From the human T2T-CHM13v2.0 reference genome, Homo sapiens, in NCBI RefSeq assembly GCF_009914755.1, contig NC_060929.1: 64,000 bases of DNA. One strand, written 5' to 3'. Each line of letters begins with the position of its first letter. Positions within the stretch are counted from its first letter, which is position 1. Below the pieces are notes generated by a model that was not told the DNA's origin, did not search any database, and was given only the letters and a program-made list of their open reading frames with translations. Below, one piece after another: positions 40,631-54,377 of this stretch. The position numbers and the translations under genes were made by a program.

Positions 40631-40979
40631 ACTGGACAGAATTGCATCATTACTATTGTAACATTCTGGATAACTCCATTATAATGTACAATATACTGTA
40701 TTATCTGTTTTCTTTGTATTTTTCAAGACAAAATTCCCCCATTTTATTCATTTGTGTTCTTTCTCTCATAGTACATATTAAAATATTGTTGCATGCATGA
40801 ATTAAATAAGTAGACAAATTAGTGAATATTAATATGGTAAAATAAAGTCAAAATGATTATTGAGGTTTAAGAAATGGGGAATTGAAAATGATTGGGGGTT
40901 GGCTGAAGATATATATCTTGCTGGAAAATATTCAGTTAGTGATGCAATGGGAAGTCCAAATGGACAGAAAATCTAGCCC

Positions 40980-41420
40980 CAAATCATTTGTAGTCTATCC
41001 ATCATTCTAACTTTACCCCTGTTCTATCCCTTGTGGCTCAGTCACATCATAAAACAGTTTGTCTCTATGTCTTTACTTGTGTGATTTATCCACCTGGAAT
41101 AACCCTACTTTTTGTCTCTATTTTTGTCAAAGTTCTATTTGTCCTTCAAGAACCTATTTGTATCTCACATCCTCCCAAATTTAGTCCCAGTTCTGCCCAA
41201 TAGCATGCATCTTTACTATGCATCTTTCTCATCTGTACTATTTTATATTTCAGATAGGTCTCCATAGTAGCACTTACTGCCACTAACTTGCATTATGTTT
41301 GTTTTTACATATTATGTTTATTTGCAATCATCTACAATAAATTTTGATGGATTGGGAATTAGGGGTAAATTTCTCATCCTATATTTACAATTCCTAAACT
41401 GTTTTGCACAAAGAAGATAC
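40980..41420 (+). mobile_element. L2 fragment
   Basis: atccacctggaataaccct...ttctatttgtccttcaagaacc...tctcacatcctcc. Confidence 0.5.
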
Positions 41421-43869
41421 ACCGTGTCTGTATACCTAATATAGTCTCTTAATGGTGATTAAAATTATAAGCCTAGAGATAATGTAAAAGCTCAGCAATG
41501 TATACACATCAAAACACTATGTGTGTGTATAATATTAGAACAATAAACATAGTAGATAAATTCGTTTGGGAGCAATCAGCTTTGGGAAATGGCCTCAGTA
41601 TAATAGAAGTACCTGTATTGTACCAAAATTAATAGCTGTGTTGGAAAGATCAAAAGTGATATCACAGGCAATATAATTTTTACGTCATGCCCATCTTTGA
41701 GGCATATGGCATCAAACTTATTTTCTTCTCTTTAACTCAGGGTTTCAATCATGTGTGTGCTTGTGCTGCTGACCAGGACCTCAGAGAAATATAATGTTTG
41801 CCAATGCCATTATTCGTGGGGTTTGCATAAATTACTTTTTAGATTTTTTTTCTTTTTTCTTCCCAAATGGTTTATGAAGCTTGGGAGAAAATATTATCCA
41901 TAATTGCTACACCTTAGATTGCAATATACTATACCAAACTAATCATAGATATTTATAGCCTGCATAAACTCTGTTTGCCCATCCATGGCAAGCATTTAAT
42001 AAAGCTAGTTCATCTGGAAAGGAAGTTAAATTAAATAATCCAAAATGAATATGATGCATAGTCACAAAAATGTGGTGTTCAGATTGAGCTAACAAAAAGG
42101 AAGTCAGGCCCCAGCAAAGACAGACAAGCTAGAAGTTAGTCTTTCTCTCTGTATGAAACATTAAGTCTTTACCATATCTTTTCTGTCCATTCTTTTTAGA
42201 CAGTGTGCCTCGGCCCATTTTTGTTAAATTCCCTAAAATCCAATGTGTCTCTATTAATACTGCATAGATATAATATGAAATTATCCTCCAGCTCCAAAAT
42301 ACAAATTCAAAAACTATATAAGAAAATTCAGATAAAACTTTCAAGGTAGAGTTTACTTTTTCAACAGAAGAGCAAAATTAATTTAAGTGTAAATGTACAA
42401 CAAAGTCGAGCTAATAGAAGGATGGTGAAGTAAATTTTGGTATTTTCGTTCTTCAGATACTACAGAATTTCCAAGGACTTGAGGAATAATTGCACTCTTG
42501 AAAGAGCCTATGAAAAAAGAAGAGACTTGGGAAATTTAACAGAAGTTCACTTTCCACCACTGCGCAAACTAAGGAAAAACTTAAAGCAGTAAATAGCTGC
42601 GGTTGGCAAAGCTGTTTTGGCTCAGGAGCAGCTATCAGGCCTTGATAAGGTCCACAAGTCTGCTGTTCTAAAATCAAAAAAAAAAAAAAAAAAAAACAAC
42701 CCTAAATGTTGAAAGTATTTTTGTGAATCATTTGGTGTCAAAACCTCTCTTGACTTGAACTAATAGGAAGTAACACATAGTCTTTTCCTTTTCATATAAA
42801 TAGTCACATGTTTTGCTAGAGACAGATTATTGGTAGTGTTATATTATGCATGGGGCTTCCTTTCTAAAATCAGAACCATTTTGAACTCTGAAACACATCT
42901 GGCCCCAAAAATTCCAAATGAGGGATTTTATATGTGATGAAACCATTTTTTTCTATCATCCAGCACCATTACCTCCCATCACCCCAAGCACACACACAAG
43001 CTCATGTTTCCATTTGCATATGTTGTCTGAGAATCATTTTGTTTAGGGACAGTTTTTGAGACTGGTAAGGGAATAGAGACATTGTAGAATATATTTTTGC
43101 ATCTTTCCCTACTCGTATGACAATTAATCCTATATATTTAGAAGGGTATGAAGCAGAAGTTGAAAAACCTTTCTTTTTCCTGAGTTATTGAGAATTTGAC
43201 CCAAAGCACATCTCTTTCATGATTTTCATGACAAAGGATGGCATAGGCCTGAAGAGAAGGCAAATGTCCTCAGAATTCCACTCTGGCTGACACCATGAAA
43301 GCTGTCAGATTTGGAAGCACAAGGTTCCATGAATCCTGACACAGCCACTGGTGTTCAATTGCATAACACCTATGAGCAGTGGCAGCAGTTGATTTGGAAG
43401 TATTAATAATTTGCCTTCAAATGACTTGGAAAGCATTGAAAAGCAATAAATGAATAGTAGATCAGGCAAAGGGTATCCTTGAGATAATGTGCTGATTGTT
43501 ACACTGATTTATGAGTCACTAGGAAACATGGTTTTGGGAAATTCAAGAAATAACTGGGGCACATTTTTAGGGGAGCTAGGTTCTTGATAATGTATAGGAC
43601 TCAGAACTATTCCAATAGGAACATAAATGTAAGAGTGACAGTGATTAAACCGGGTGACATTTGGGTTTGATAGGCTGATGTTTTGTTGCTTAATGCCCTT
43701 CAAAATACCAAAATACTTTTATCCACTTTAGCACTACTATCTCTATTCTTTAAATAAAATTTCCAAACTGTTCTAAAAGTCAGGTGTTTTTGCCTTTAAA
43801 GAAGCACTGTCAAATGTACTTGCTTCCAAATCCAATGAGTAAAGCCAAATCCACAGGAATATATCCTTA

Positions 43870-44272
43870 ACTTGCCATATTGTGTCTACTTTCATTTCCA
43901 CTGCAATATTTCAGGCACTTCTTAGTTCAGGAGCAATCTATTGTGCTAACTTGCTTACTGGTGTCTATGCTTTCACTCATGTATCCCTCCAAGTCCTTTC
44001 TCTGCTGCCAAAGTTTTGTTATTAAGGCCAAGTTTAATTAGTTAACTCCACTTCTCAAACTCTCTCAATTGTTCTCATTGTGGGTATAAATACCCCAAAT
44101 TATCATCCTAGTGACTTTGGCCCTTTATAATCTGAATCCAATCCATTGGCCTAATCTTATTCTTTTAAATCTCAGCTTTCACTCTATGACCTTTAATCAG
44201 ATCACTCACCACTCACCAGTACTTGGACTTTCTATTTATTTGCCAGTGCCCAGCGCTATTTCTCTTGAAATG
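43870..44272 (+). mobile_element. L2 fragment
   Basis: ctattgtgctaacttgcttactggtgtctatgc...ccctccaagtcctttctc..ctgccaaag. Confidence 0.6.
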
Positions 44273-44274
44273 CA

Positions 44275-44481
44275 TGTTCTATGATTTGAAGGTATCTTTT
44301 CCAAAATCCATGTGTTAGAAACTTAATCCTCAATGTAACAGTGTTGGTTGGGAACTTTTGGAAGGTGTTTAGGTCATGAAGTCCCTTCTGTCATGAATGG
44401 ATTAATGCTGCTATTAGAAAGATTTGCAGAAGTGTGCTCTTGCGCTCTCTTGTGCACTAGCTCTCGCTGTCTCTGTCTCTT

Positions 44482-44533
<52 letters not shown>

Positions 44534-44690
44534 CTGCCCTCCTTTATGTGAGGATTCAGTAAGAAGGCCTGCATCTGATGCTGGAGTTTTGATCTTGCAC
44601 TTTACACACTCCAGAATAGTAAGAAATAAATTTCTGTTTTTTATAAATTACCTAGTCTCAGGCATTCTGTTATAGCACTAAAATAACGTG
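44275..44690 (+). mobile_element. MSTD-like MaLR solo LTR with an internal (CT)n(CA)n repeat
   Basis: ccaaaatccatgtgttagaaacttaatcctcaatgtaacagtgttg...aaataaatttctgttttttataaattacctagtctcaggcattctgttatagca. Confidence 0.88.
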
Positions 44691-45525
44691 TCTCAGTTTC
44701 TAGCCTCCTGGTAGAATAAGCCTAAAGCAAACCTTAGTATGGGACAAAATACTTCCTCCAGTTTTTGTGGATTTATTTTCTCTTTTAAAAGTTTGCCAAA
44801 ATCAATGGAAACCTTTCCGACAGAGACTTTCTTAAATAAGAGGGTCTTTAGTAGTCATAAACAAGAAGGGAATAATTTCATGGGAATATGATAGACATCA
44901 GCAGAGTCGTGTATCAGTTTGCCTATTAATCACAACTTGTGCCTCCATTTTTCTTGCCAACTGCTGAATAAACTTTGATGGGTTTGGCATCTATGTGACT
45001 ATTGGAATGCTGTCAAGAAATGGTATTCAGAACCTGGGGCTCTAGTGGTGAGATGACATATGGATGTGCCTCTGGTGACTTCAAAACTTTCTTTTTGGAC
45101 AAATTTATAATTTCTGCAGAACTGGAAGAACATCACTTACAATGATACTTGGCCATTTATATATTGTGCAGTTTAAGCAAGTGAATCAGTTGCTTCTTCA
45201 ATTGCTAGCAAGCAAAAAGGTAGTGGAGAAGTCATTTATTAAATGTGCTTCAGCTAGCAATAAAGGTTTGGAATTGGATGCTATTTTGAAAGCATTGTCT
45301 GTTGACAGATGAGGGCCTAAGAAGCATGGGGTTAAGGATATCAAAAGCATTGAATTTTTTTTTTTTTATAAAAGAGGAAATATATCCCAGATGTTTAGTA
45401 TTTGGAAACTATTTCTACCTCTATGTCTTTGATGTGAGAACCAGAGCCATTTCCCAGATTACAAAGGCCATAAGTTCATGCCGTCATAGGAATTTAGAGG
45501 CCTTTAGAATGGCATATGCCAAGTT

Positions 45526-45527
<2 letters not shown>

Positions 45528-45556
<29 letters not shown>
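45528..45556. repeat. (TG)n microsatellite
   Basis: Seen directly. Confidence 0.95.
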
Positions 45557-45634
45557 CACTTCTCTGTAAATGTTAAGCATTTGAAAATTATTTTGTAAAT
45601 AATTTTCACCAATCCTCCCCAATTTATATACTTT

Positions 45635-45929
45635 CTTTTGTTTGTTTTTGAGATGGAGTCTCATTCTTTTGCCAGGCTGGAGTTCAGTGATGCAATCTCA
45701 GCTCCCTGCAACCTCCGCCCTCCCAGGTGCAAGCGATTCTCCTGCCTCAGCCTCTTGAGTAGCTGGGACTACAGGCACACGTCACCACACCCAGCTAATT
45801 TTTGTATTTTTAGTAGAGACAGGGTTCCACCATGTTGGCCAGGATGGTCTGGATCTCTTGACCTTGTGATCCTACCATCTCGGCCTCCCAAAGTGCTGGG
45901 ATTACAGGCATGAGCCACCGCACCCAGCC
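45635..45929 (-). mobile_element. Alu (AluSc-like) with TSD
   Basis: aggatggtctggatctcttgaccttgtgat; TSD tatatacttt / tgtatacttt. Confidence 0.95.
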
Positions 45930-46848
45930 TGTATACTTTTTACTAAGCCTATAAATCACACCATGCTCTATGGCTTCTTTCCACCAGTGAAAATGACCCC
46001 TTCCCTATTTCCTTGATGTCTTTACATAGTTATTTTTGATGGATTATTTTATTCGTCTCCCAGTTTACTTTCCTTCCTCTGTAAACTAAAAGCTTCACTC
46101 TCTTAGAGGCATTGGGACACTGGCTTCCATTCTAATCTTCATCTTCCTTTTCTCACTCCTTTCCTAGAAGGAAAAGCTGGACTCTAACTCGTGGCTTTGG
46201 GGAAGGCACAAATTAGCATAACTGATCTCTTCCCAAGCTATTTCTCTCAAGCCAACATGTTCATGTGATAGTTTTAGTCTTCTCCTCTTCTATTTTCTGC
46301 ATAATAAGAAAATGTGGGTTAGGGCCAAGGCTCTGTCTTCTGGCTTGAAATCTGGGGAATCATCTCCCTATCCCTGCCTTTGGGTCTCCATAACAGGAGG
46401 CAGCAATTCCTCCTGCCACTGGTTAAATATTTATTTGAAGATTCTATTTCAGGAAATGTGGACTGCAAGATCAAGAGAGAGAGGAAATACTTTATTTCGA
46501 GCCACTCTCCTTGCAGTCTCAGACTGGGTTCCAATCTTGCTGTGCCAAGAATAAAGTCAACTTCATATTTATATAGTTATATTATCCGGAGATCTGAGAA
46601 AGAATGGACGTTACACTGATCTTCTATGTTCTTTTATTTAGTTTCTAACTTCAATGTTATTTATATCTAAGTCTGAATGCTGTCTATATTGAAAATAGTT
46701 AATTTATTAAAACATTTTTTCACGTAAGTTTATGGTCACAGTACCTAATCTTTGCTAAATGTTTGATTTATTTCTAAAAAGTCTTAAAATGATAGTTTAT
46801 GAGTGCTCTCTTATTACCCTTAAACTTTTGCCTTTTAAAATGACTTGT

Positions 46849-47150
46849 AGCTGGGTGCCGTGGCTCATGCCTGCCATCCCAGCACTTTGGGAGGCCAAGG
46901 GGGGGCGGATCATTTGAACCCAGGAGTTTGAGAACAGCCTGGGAAACATGGCGACACACTGTCTCTACAAAAAATACAAAAATTAACCAAGTGTGGTGAT
47001 GCGTGCCTGTAGTCCCAGCTACTTGGGAAGCTGATGTGTGGGAAGATTGCTTGAGCCCAGGGAGGTTGAGGCTGCAGTGGGGCCATGATTGCACCACTGC
47101 ACCCCCACCTGGGAGACAGAGTGAGATCCTATCAATAAATAAATAAATAA
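46849..47150 (+). mobile_element. Alu (AluJ)
   Basis: gattgcttgagcccagggaggttgaggctgcagtg..ccatgattgcacc; (AAAT)n tail. Confidence 0.95.
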
Positions 47151-47362
47151 CAACTTGTGATATCATGACCACGAATATATTTGTAAAGGTTTAATTATAA
47201 ACTATTGTTAGCATTTGCCAAATTGGAAGGACATTTATTTTGAATCTATCATACCTATTTTCAACTTCAGTAATTACAAGTGGTCAATTGTTTTTCATTT
47301 ACATTTACTTTCCTTCTTTTTCTATACTTAATTTAAATTATATTAATTTAATTATTATTGTA

Positions 47363-47515
47363 TTTTTAGACCTGGGGTCTCACTCTGTCGCCCAGGCTGG
47401 AGTGCAGTGGCACGATCATAGCCCATTGCAGCCTTGAACTCCTAAGCTAAAATGACCCTCCTGCCTTGGCCTCCCAAGTAGCTGGGACTGCAGGTGTGCA
47501 CCACCACACCTGGCT
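47363..47515 (-). mobile_element. Alu right monomer (FRAM or truncated AluJ)
   Basis: gggtctcactctgtcgcccagg...gatcatagcccattgcagccttgaactcc...cacacctggct. Confidence 0.9.
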
Positions 47516-47930
47516 ATTATTTTAAAGTAAGTCACAGAGCGTATTATTATATTATTTCATCTGTAAATAAATGAATGTATTTTTAAAAAGCATAAGAATA
47601 TTGTTAAAAAAACTATAGTACTATATTCTTATACCTCAAAAATAAAAGTTCTTTAATATTGTTAAATATTTGTTCAGTGTTAAAATTTCCAATTTTTAAT
47701 ACATTTTTTTAACATTTTATTTTAAATCCAAAGCAAGTCCACATATTTTGCTTCATTGATATATCCCTTGTGTTCCATTAGTATATAGTTTTCCCTTCAA
47801 ATTTCTACTCTCCCAGGGCCATTTATATCTGAGAACATTGCCGCAGTCCAGATTTTGCTGATTATATACCTCATGGCAATTTTAATGTGCTTTTCTGCCC
47901 TCTTTTTCCGTAAATCAGTAGTTAGATTTA

Positions 47931-48032
47931 ATGCACTCTCCAATATGGTAACCACTAGATACATGTAGCTATTTAAATTCAAGTTAATTAAACCATTTTC
48001 ATCGCAGCAGAAGGTTCTATTACAGAGTGCTG
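47931..48032 (+). mobile_element. Internally deleted MER3 MITE
   Basis: gcactctccaatatggtaaccactagatacatgtagctatttaaatt...cagaaggttctattacagagtgctg. Confidence 0.75.
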
Positions 48033-48233
48033 ATCTGGAGGACGTAGCAGATTCAGGTTCAATTTTTGGCAATAGTTTTTCACACATGATCCTGTGTTCT
48101 TTCACCAGGTACGATATAAAGTTTTGCCTTTGTGATGTTAGCAGCTACCGATGATCAATGTCTAGTTGCATCATTCATTAAGAGTTGCAAAATCATCATA
48201 ATCTAATTCTATAGCTCATGACCTGGAATTCTT

Positions 48234-48430
48234 ATATATGTATGTGTGTGTGTGTGTGTGTGTACACAGACACACATATATACATGTATATATATATATG
48301 TGTGTGTGTGTATATATATACATATATATGTGTGTATATATACACATATATATGCGTGTGTATATACACGTATATGTGTATACGTATATATATACACATA
48401 CGTGCGCATATATATATATATATATATATA
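48234..48430. repeat. Compound (TG)/(TA)/(CA) microsatellite
   Basis: About 200 bp of near-continuous purine-pyrimidine alternation; it explains the Y/I/V/C-rich ORFs. Confidence 0.97.
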
Positions 48431-49086
48431 AAACTTCTCCATATTTATTCTACTACCAGTGGTACAGTTTAAATAGCACAGGCAGAATAAATACATGATT
48501 TTCCGCCTTTATTTGGTAGTTTTCAAAATAATAGATTGGTCATGAGGATACTCCAACTAAAAATGTTTGATGTGATTCAATCTGTTAAAATTTGTATCCA
48601 TATTGATGCTCCAGTTTCTGCTTTGACATGTGGAAGTTTCTTCAAGTTGGTTCCTGTCAGGTTTTGCATGTGTATGTTGATTTTTTTTTTTTGGCATGAC
48701 TAGTAGTTTTGGGTAGCTTCTTTTATTATTATTATTTTTCCATAAGTTGTGGGGTACAGGTGGTATTTGGCTACATGAGTAAGTTGTTTAGTGGTGATTT
48801 GTGAGATTTTGGTGAACCCACCACCCGAACAGTATACACTGCACCCTATTTGCAGTCTTTTATCTCTCGGCCCCCCTCCCACTATTTCCCCCAGGTCCCC
48901 CAAGTCCACTGTATCATTCTTATGCCTTTGCATTCTCATAGCTGAGCACCCACATATCACTGAGAACATACCATGTTTAGTTTTCTATTCCTCAGTTACT
49001 TCACTTTGAATAATTGTCTCCAGTCTCATACAGGTCGCTGCAAATGCTGTTAATTCATTCCTTTTTATGGCTCAGTAGTATTCCAT

Positions 49087-49258
49087 CATATATATGTATA
49101 TATATGTATATATATGTATATATATGTATATATGTGTGTATATATGTATATATAGTATATACATGTATATGTGTATATATTATATATGTGTATATATGTA
49201 TATATTATATATGTGTATATATGTATATATACGTATATGTATATATACATACATATGT
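49087..49258. repeat. (TA)/(TATG)n microsatellite inside the L1PB 3' region
   Basis: Seen directly. Confidence 0.95.
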
Positions 49259-52001
49259 CTATTTTTTTGGCAGTTTCTTTATCCACTCACTGATTGATGG
49301 GCATTTGGGTTGGTTCCATGATTTTGCAATTGTGAATTGTGCTGCTATAAACATATGTGTGCAAGCATCTTTTTAGTATAATGATTTCTTTTCCTCTGGG
49401 TAGATACCCAGTAGTGGGATTGCTGAATAAAATGGTAGTTCTACTTTTAGTTCTTTAAGGAATTCCACACTGTTTTCCATAGTGACTGTACTAGTTTACA
49501 TTCCCACCAGCAGTGTAGAAGTGTTCCCTAATCACTGCATCCATGTCAACATCTACTGTTTTTTGATTTTTTTGATTATGGCCATTCTTGCAGGAGTAAG
49601 GTGGTATCACATTGTGGTTTTGATTTGCATTTCCCTGATCATTAATGACGTTGAGCATTTTATCATATGTTTGTTGGCCATTTATATATCTTCTTTTGAG
49701 AATTTGTCTGTTCATGTCCTTAGCCCACTTTTTAGTGGGATCGTTTGTTTTTTTCTTACTGATTTGTTTGAATTCATTGTAGATTCTGATATTAGTCTTT
49801 TGTCAGATGTATAGATTGTGAAGATTTTCTCCCACTCTGTGGGTTGTTTACTGACTGTTCCTTTTGCCGTGCAAAAGCTTTTTAGTTTAATTAAGTCCCA
49901 GCTATTTATCTTTGTTTTTATTGCATTTGCTTTTGGGCTCTTGGTCATGAAATCCTTGCCTAAGCCAATGTCTAGAAAGGTTTTTCCGATGTTACCTTCT
50001 AGAATTTTTGTAGTTTCAGGTCTTAGATTTAAGTGCTTAATTCATCTTGAGTTTATTTTTGTATAAAGTGAGAAGTGAGGATTCAGTTTCATACTCCTAC
50101 ATGTGGCTTGCCAACTATCCCAGCACCATTTGTTGAAAAGGGTGTGCTTTCCCCACTTTATGTTTTTGTTTGCTTTGTTGAAGATCAGTTGGCTGTAAGT
50201 GTTTGGGTTTATTTCTGCATTCTCTATTCTGTTCCATTGGTTTATGTGCCTATTTTTACACCAGTATCATGCTGTTTTGCTGACTGTGGCCTTATAGTAT
50301 CTTCTGAAATCAGGTAATGTGATGCCCCCAGATTTGTTTTTTTTGCTTAGTCTTGCTTTGGCTGTGGGGGCTCTTTTTTGGTTCCATATGAATTTTAGAA
50401 TTTTTTTTTTCTAATTCTATGAAGAATGTTGGTGGTATTTTGATGGGGATTGCATTGAATTTGTAGATTGGTTTTGGCAGTTTGGTCATTTTCACAATAT
50501 TGATTCTACCCATCCATGAGCTTGAGATATGTTTCCCCTTGTTTGTGTCGTCTGTGATTTCTTTCAGCAGTGTTTTGTAGTTTTCCTTGTAGAGGTCTTT
50601 TGATGCCTTGGCTAGGTATATTCCTAAGTATTTTATTTGATTTTATTGCAGCTATTCTAAAAGTGGTTGAGTTCTTGATGTGTTTCTCTGCTTGGTTGCT
50701 GTTGGTGTATAGAAGAGCTACTGATTTGTGTACATTAATCTTGTATCCGGAAATTTGCTGAATTATTTTATCAATTCTAGGAGATTTCTGAAGGAGTTTT
50801 TAGGGTTTTCAAGGTAAACAATCATATCATCAGCAAACAGTGACAGTTTGACTTCCTCTTTACTGATTTGGATGCCCTTTATTTCTTTCTCTTTGTCTGA
50901 TTGCTCTAGCTAGGACTTCAGTACTATGTTGAAGAGGAGTGGGGAGCGTGGGCATCCTTGTCTTGTTCCAGTTCTCAAAGGGAATGCTTCCAACTTTTTC
51001 CCCATTTAGTATTATGATAGCTTTGGGTTTGTCATAGATGGCTTTTATTACATTGAGGCATGTCCCTTGTATGCCAGTTTTGCTGAGAGTTTTAATCATA
51101 AAGGGATGCTGGATTTTGTCAAATGCTTTTTCTGCATCTATTGAAGTGATCATGTGATTTTTGTTTTTAATTCTGTTTATGTGGTGTATCACATTTATTG
51201 ACTTGTGTATGATAAACCAGACATGCATCCCTGGTATGAAACTCACTTGATTATGGTGCATTATCTTTGGTTTGTTGTTGGATTAGGTTAGCTAGTATTT
51301 TGTTAAGGATTTTAGCATCTATGTTCATCAAGGATATGGGTCTGCAGTTTTCTTTTTTGGTTATGACCTTTCTTGGTTTTGGTATTAGGGTGATGCGGGC
51401 TGCATAGAATGAATTAGGGAGGGTTCCTTCTTTCTCTATCTTGTGGAATGGTGAGAAAGGGATTGGTAATTCTTCTTTGAATGTCTGGTAGAATTCTGCT
51501 GTGAATCTGTCTGTTCTTGGACTTTTTTTATTGGTAATTTTTAAATTACCATTTCAATCTCACTGCTTGTTATTGGTCTGTTCAGGGTAACTTATTCGTC
51601 CTGATTTAAGCTAGGAGGGTTGCATTTTTCCAGGAATTTATCCGTCTTTTCTAGGTTTTCTAGTTTATGTGCATAAAGGTGTTCATAGTAGCCTTGAATG
51701 ATCTTTTGTATTTCAGTGGTGTCAGTTGTAATACCTCCTGTTTCATTTTTTAATGAGGTTATTTGGATTTTCCCTCTTTCTTCTTGGTTAATCTTGCTAA
51801 TGATCTATCAATTTTATTTGTCTTTTCAAAGAACCAGCTTTTTGTTTCATTTATTTTTTGTATTTTTTTTGTTTCAATTTCATTTAGCTCTGCTCTGATC
51901 TTGGTTATTTCCTTTCTTCTGCTGCATTTGGGTTCAGTTTGTTCTTGTTTCTCTAGTTCCTTGAGGTGTGACATTAGAATGTCAGTTGTGCTCTTTTAGT
52001 C

Positions 52002-52676
<675 letters not shown>

Positions 52677-53753
52677 TAGTTATTTAGGGCTGTGAACTTT
52701 CCTCTTAGCACTGCTTTTACTGTATCTGCTAGGTTTTGATAGGTTGCATCATTATTGTTCAGTTCAAATAATTGTTTAATTTCCATCTTGATTTCGTTTT
52801 TGACCCAGTGCTCATTCAGGAGCAGGTTATTTAATTTCTATGTTTTGCATGGATTTGAAGGTTCCTTTTGGAGTTGATTTCCAGTTTTATTCCACTGTGG
52901 TCTGAGAGAGTGCTTGATATAATTTCAATTTTCTTAAATTTAATCAGGGTCATTTTATGCCTATCATATGGTCTATCTTGGAGAAAGTTCCATGCCCTGT
53001 TGAATAGAATGTGTATTCTGCAGTTCTTGGGTGAAAGGTTCTGTATGTATCTGTGAAGTCATTTGTTTCAATGTATAGTTTAAATCCATTGTTTCTTTAT
53101 TGGCTTTCTGTCTTGATGACCTGTCTAGTGCTGTCAGTGGAGTATTGCAGTCCCCCACTATTATTGTATTGTTGTCTATCTGACTTCTTAGGTCTATTAG
53201 TAATTGTTTTATAAATTTGAGAGCTCCAGTGTGAGGTGCTTATGTGTTTAGGATTGTGATATTTTTCTGTTGGACAAGGTTTTTTACCATTATATAATGT
53301 CCCTCTTTGTCTCTTTTAACTGCTGTTGCTTTAAAGTTTGTTTTGTCTGATGTAAGGATAGCTCCCCCCACCACCCTCGCTTTTGGTGTCTTTTTGCATG
53401 AAATGCCTTTTTCCACTGCTTTAAGTTTACGTGAGTCCTTATGTGTTGGGTGAGTCTCCTGAAGGCAGCAGATAGTTGGTAATGGAGTTCTTATCCATTC
53501 TGCAGTTTACACTCAATGTTAGTATTGAGGTGTGAGGTACTGTTGCATTCATCGTGCTATTTGTTATCTGTGTAATTTATTTTTGGTTTTTGTTTTTGGT
53601 TTTTGCTTTTTTAACTTGTATTTTTGTTTTACGGGTTCTGTGTGATTTATGCTTTAAAGACATTCTGTTTTGATGTGTTTTCAGGATTTGTTTCAAGATT
53701 TAGAGCTCCTTTTAGCAGTTCTTGTAGTAGTGGCTTGGTAGTGGTGAATTCTG

Positions 53754-54377
53754 TCAGCATTTGTCTGAAAATGACTGTTTCTTTCCTTCATATATGATGC
53801 TTATTTTCACTGGATACAAAATTCTTGGCTGATAATTGTTTTGTTTGAGGAGGCTGAAGATAGGGCCCCAATCCCTTCTAGCTTGTAGGGTTTCTGCTGA
53901 GAAATCTGCTGTTATTCTGATACGTTTTCCTTTATAGGTTACCTGGTGCTTTTGCCTCACAGCTCTTAAGATTCTTTCCTTCATCTTAACTTTGGATAAC
54001 CTGATGACTATGTGCCTAGGCAATGATCTTTTTGTGATGAATTTCCCAGGTGTTCTTTGTGCTTCTTGTATTTGGATGTCTAGGGCTCTAGCAAGGCCAG
54101 GGAAGTTTTCCTCAATTATTGCCCCAAATAAGTTTTCCTAACTTTCAGAATTCTCTTCTTCCTCAGGAACACCAATTATTCTTATGTTTCATCGTTTAAC
54201 ATAATCCCAGACTTCTTGGAGGCTTTGTTCACATTTTCTTATTCTTTTTTCTTTGTCTTTGTTGCATTGGGTTAATTCGAAGACCTTGTCTTCTAGCTCT
54301 GAATTTCTTTCTTCCACTTGTTCAATTCTGTTGCTGAGACTTTCCAGAGCATTTAGTATTTCTATAAGTGTGTCCAC
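53754..54377 (-). pseudogene. Disrupted L1 ORF1 remnant
   Basis: PRHIVIRLSKVKMKERILRAVRQKHQVTYKGKRIRITADFSAETLQARRDW, plus coiled-coil NRIEQVEERNSELEDK...EQSLQEVWDYVKR. Confidence 0.93.

Larger units (their letters stand above)
47516..48712 (-). mobile_element. L1MC4-like 3' UTR, left part; continues after the L1PB
   Basis: tattttaaagtaagtcacag..; cttcaagttggttcctgt...catgactagtagttttg matches the recalled L1MC4 sequence. Confidence 0.7.
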
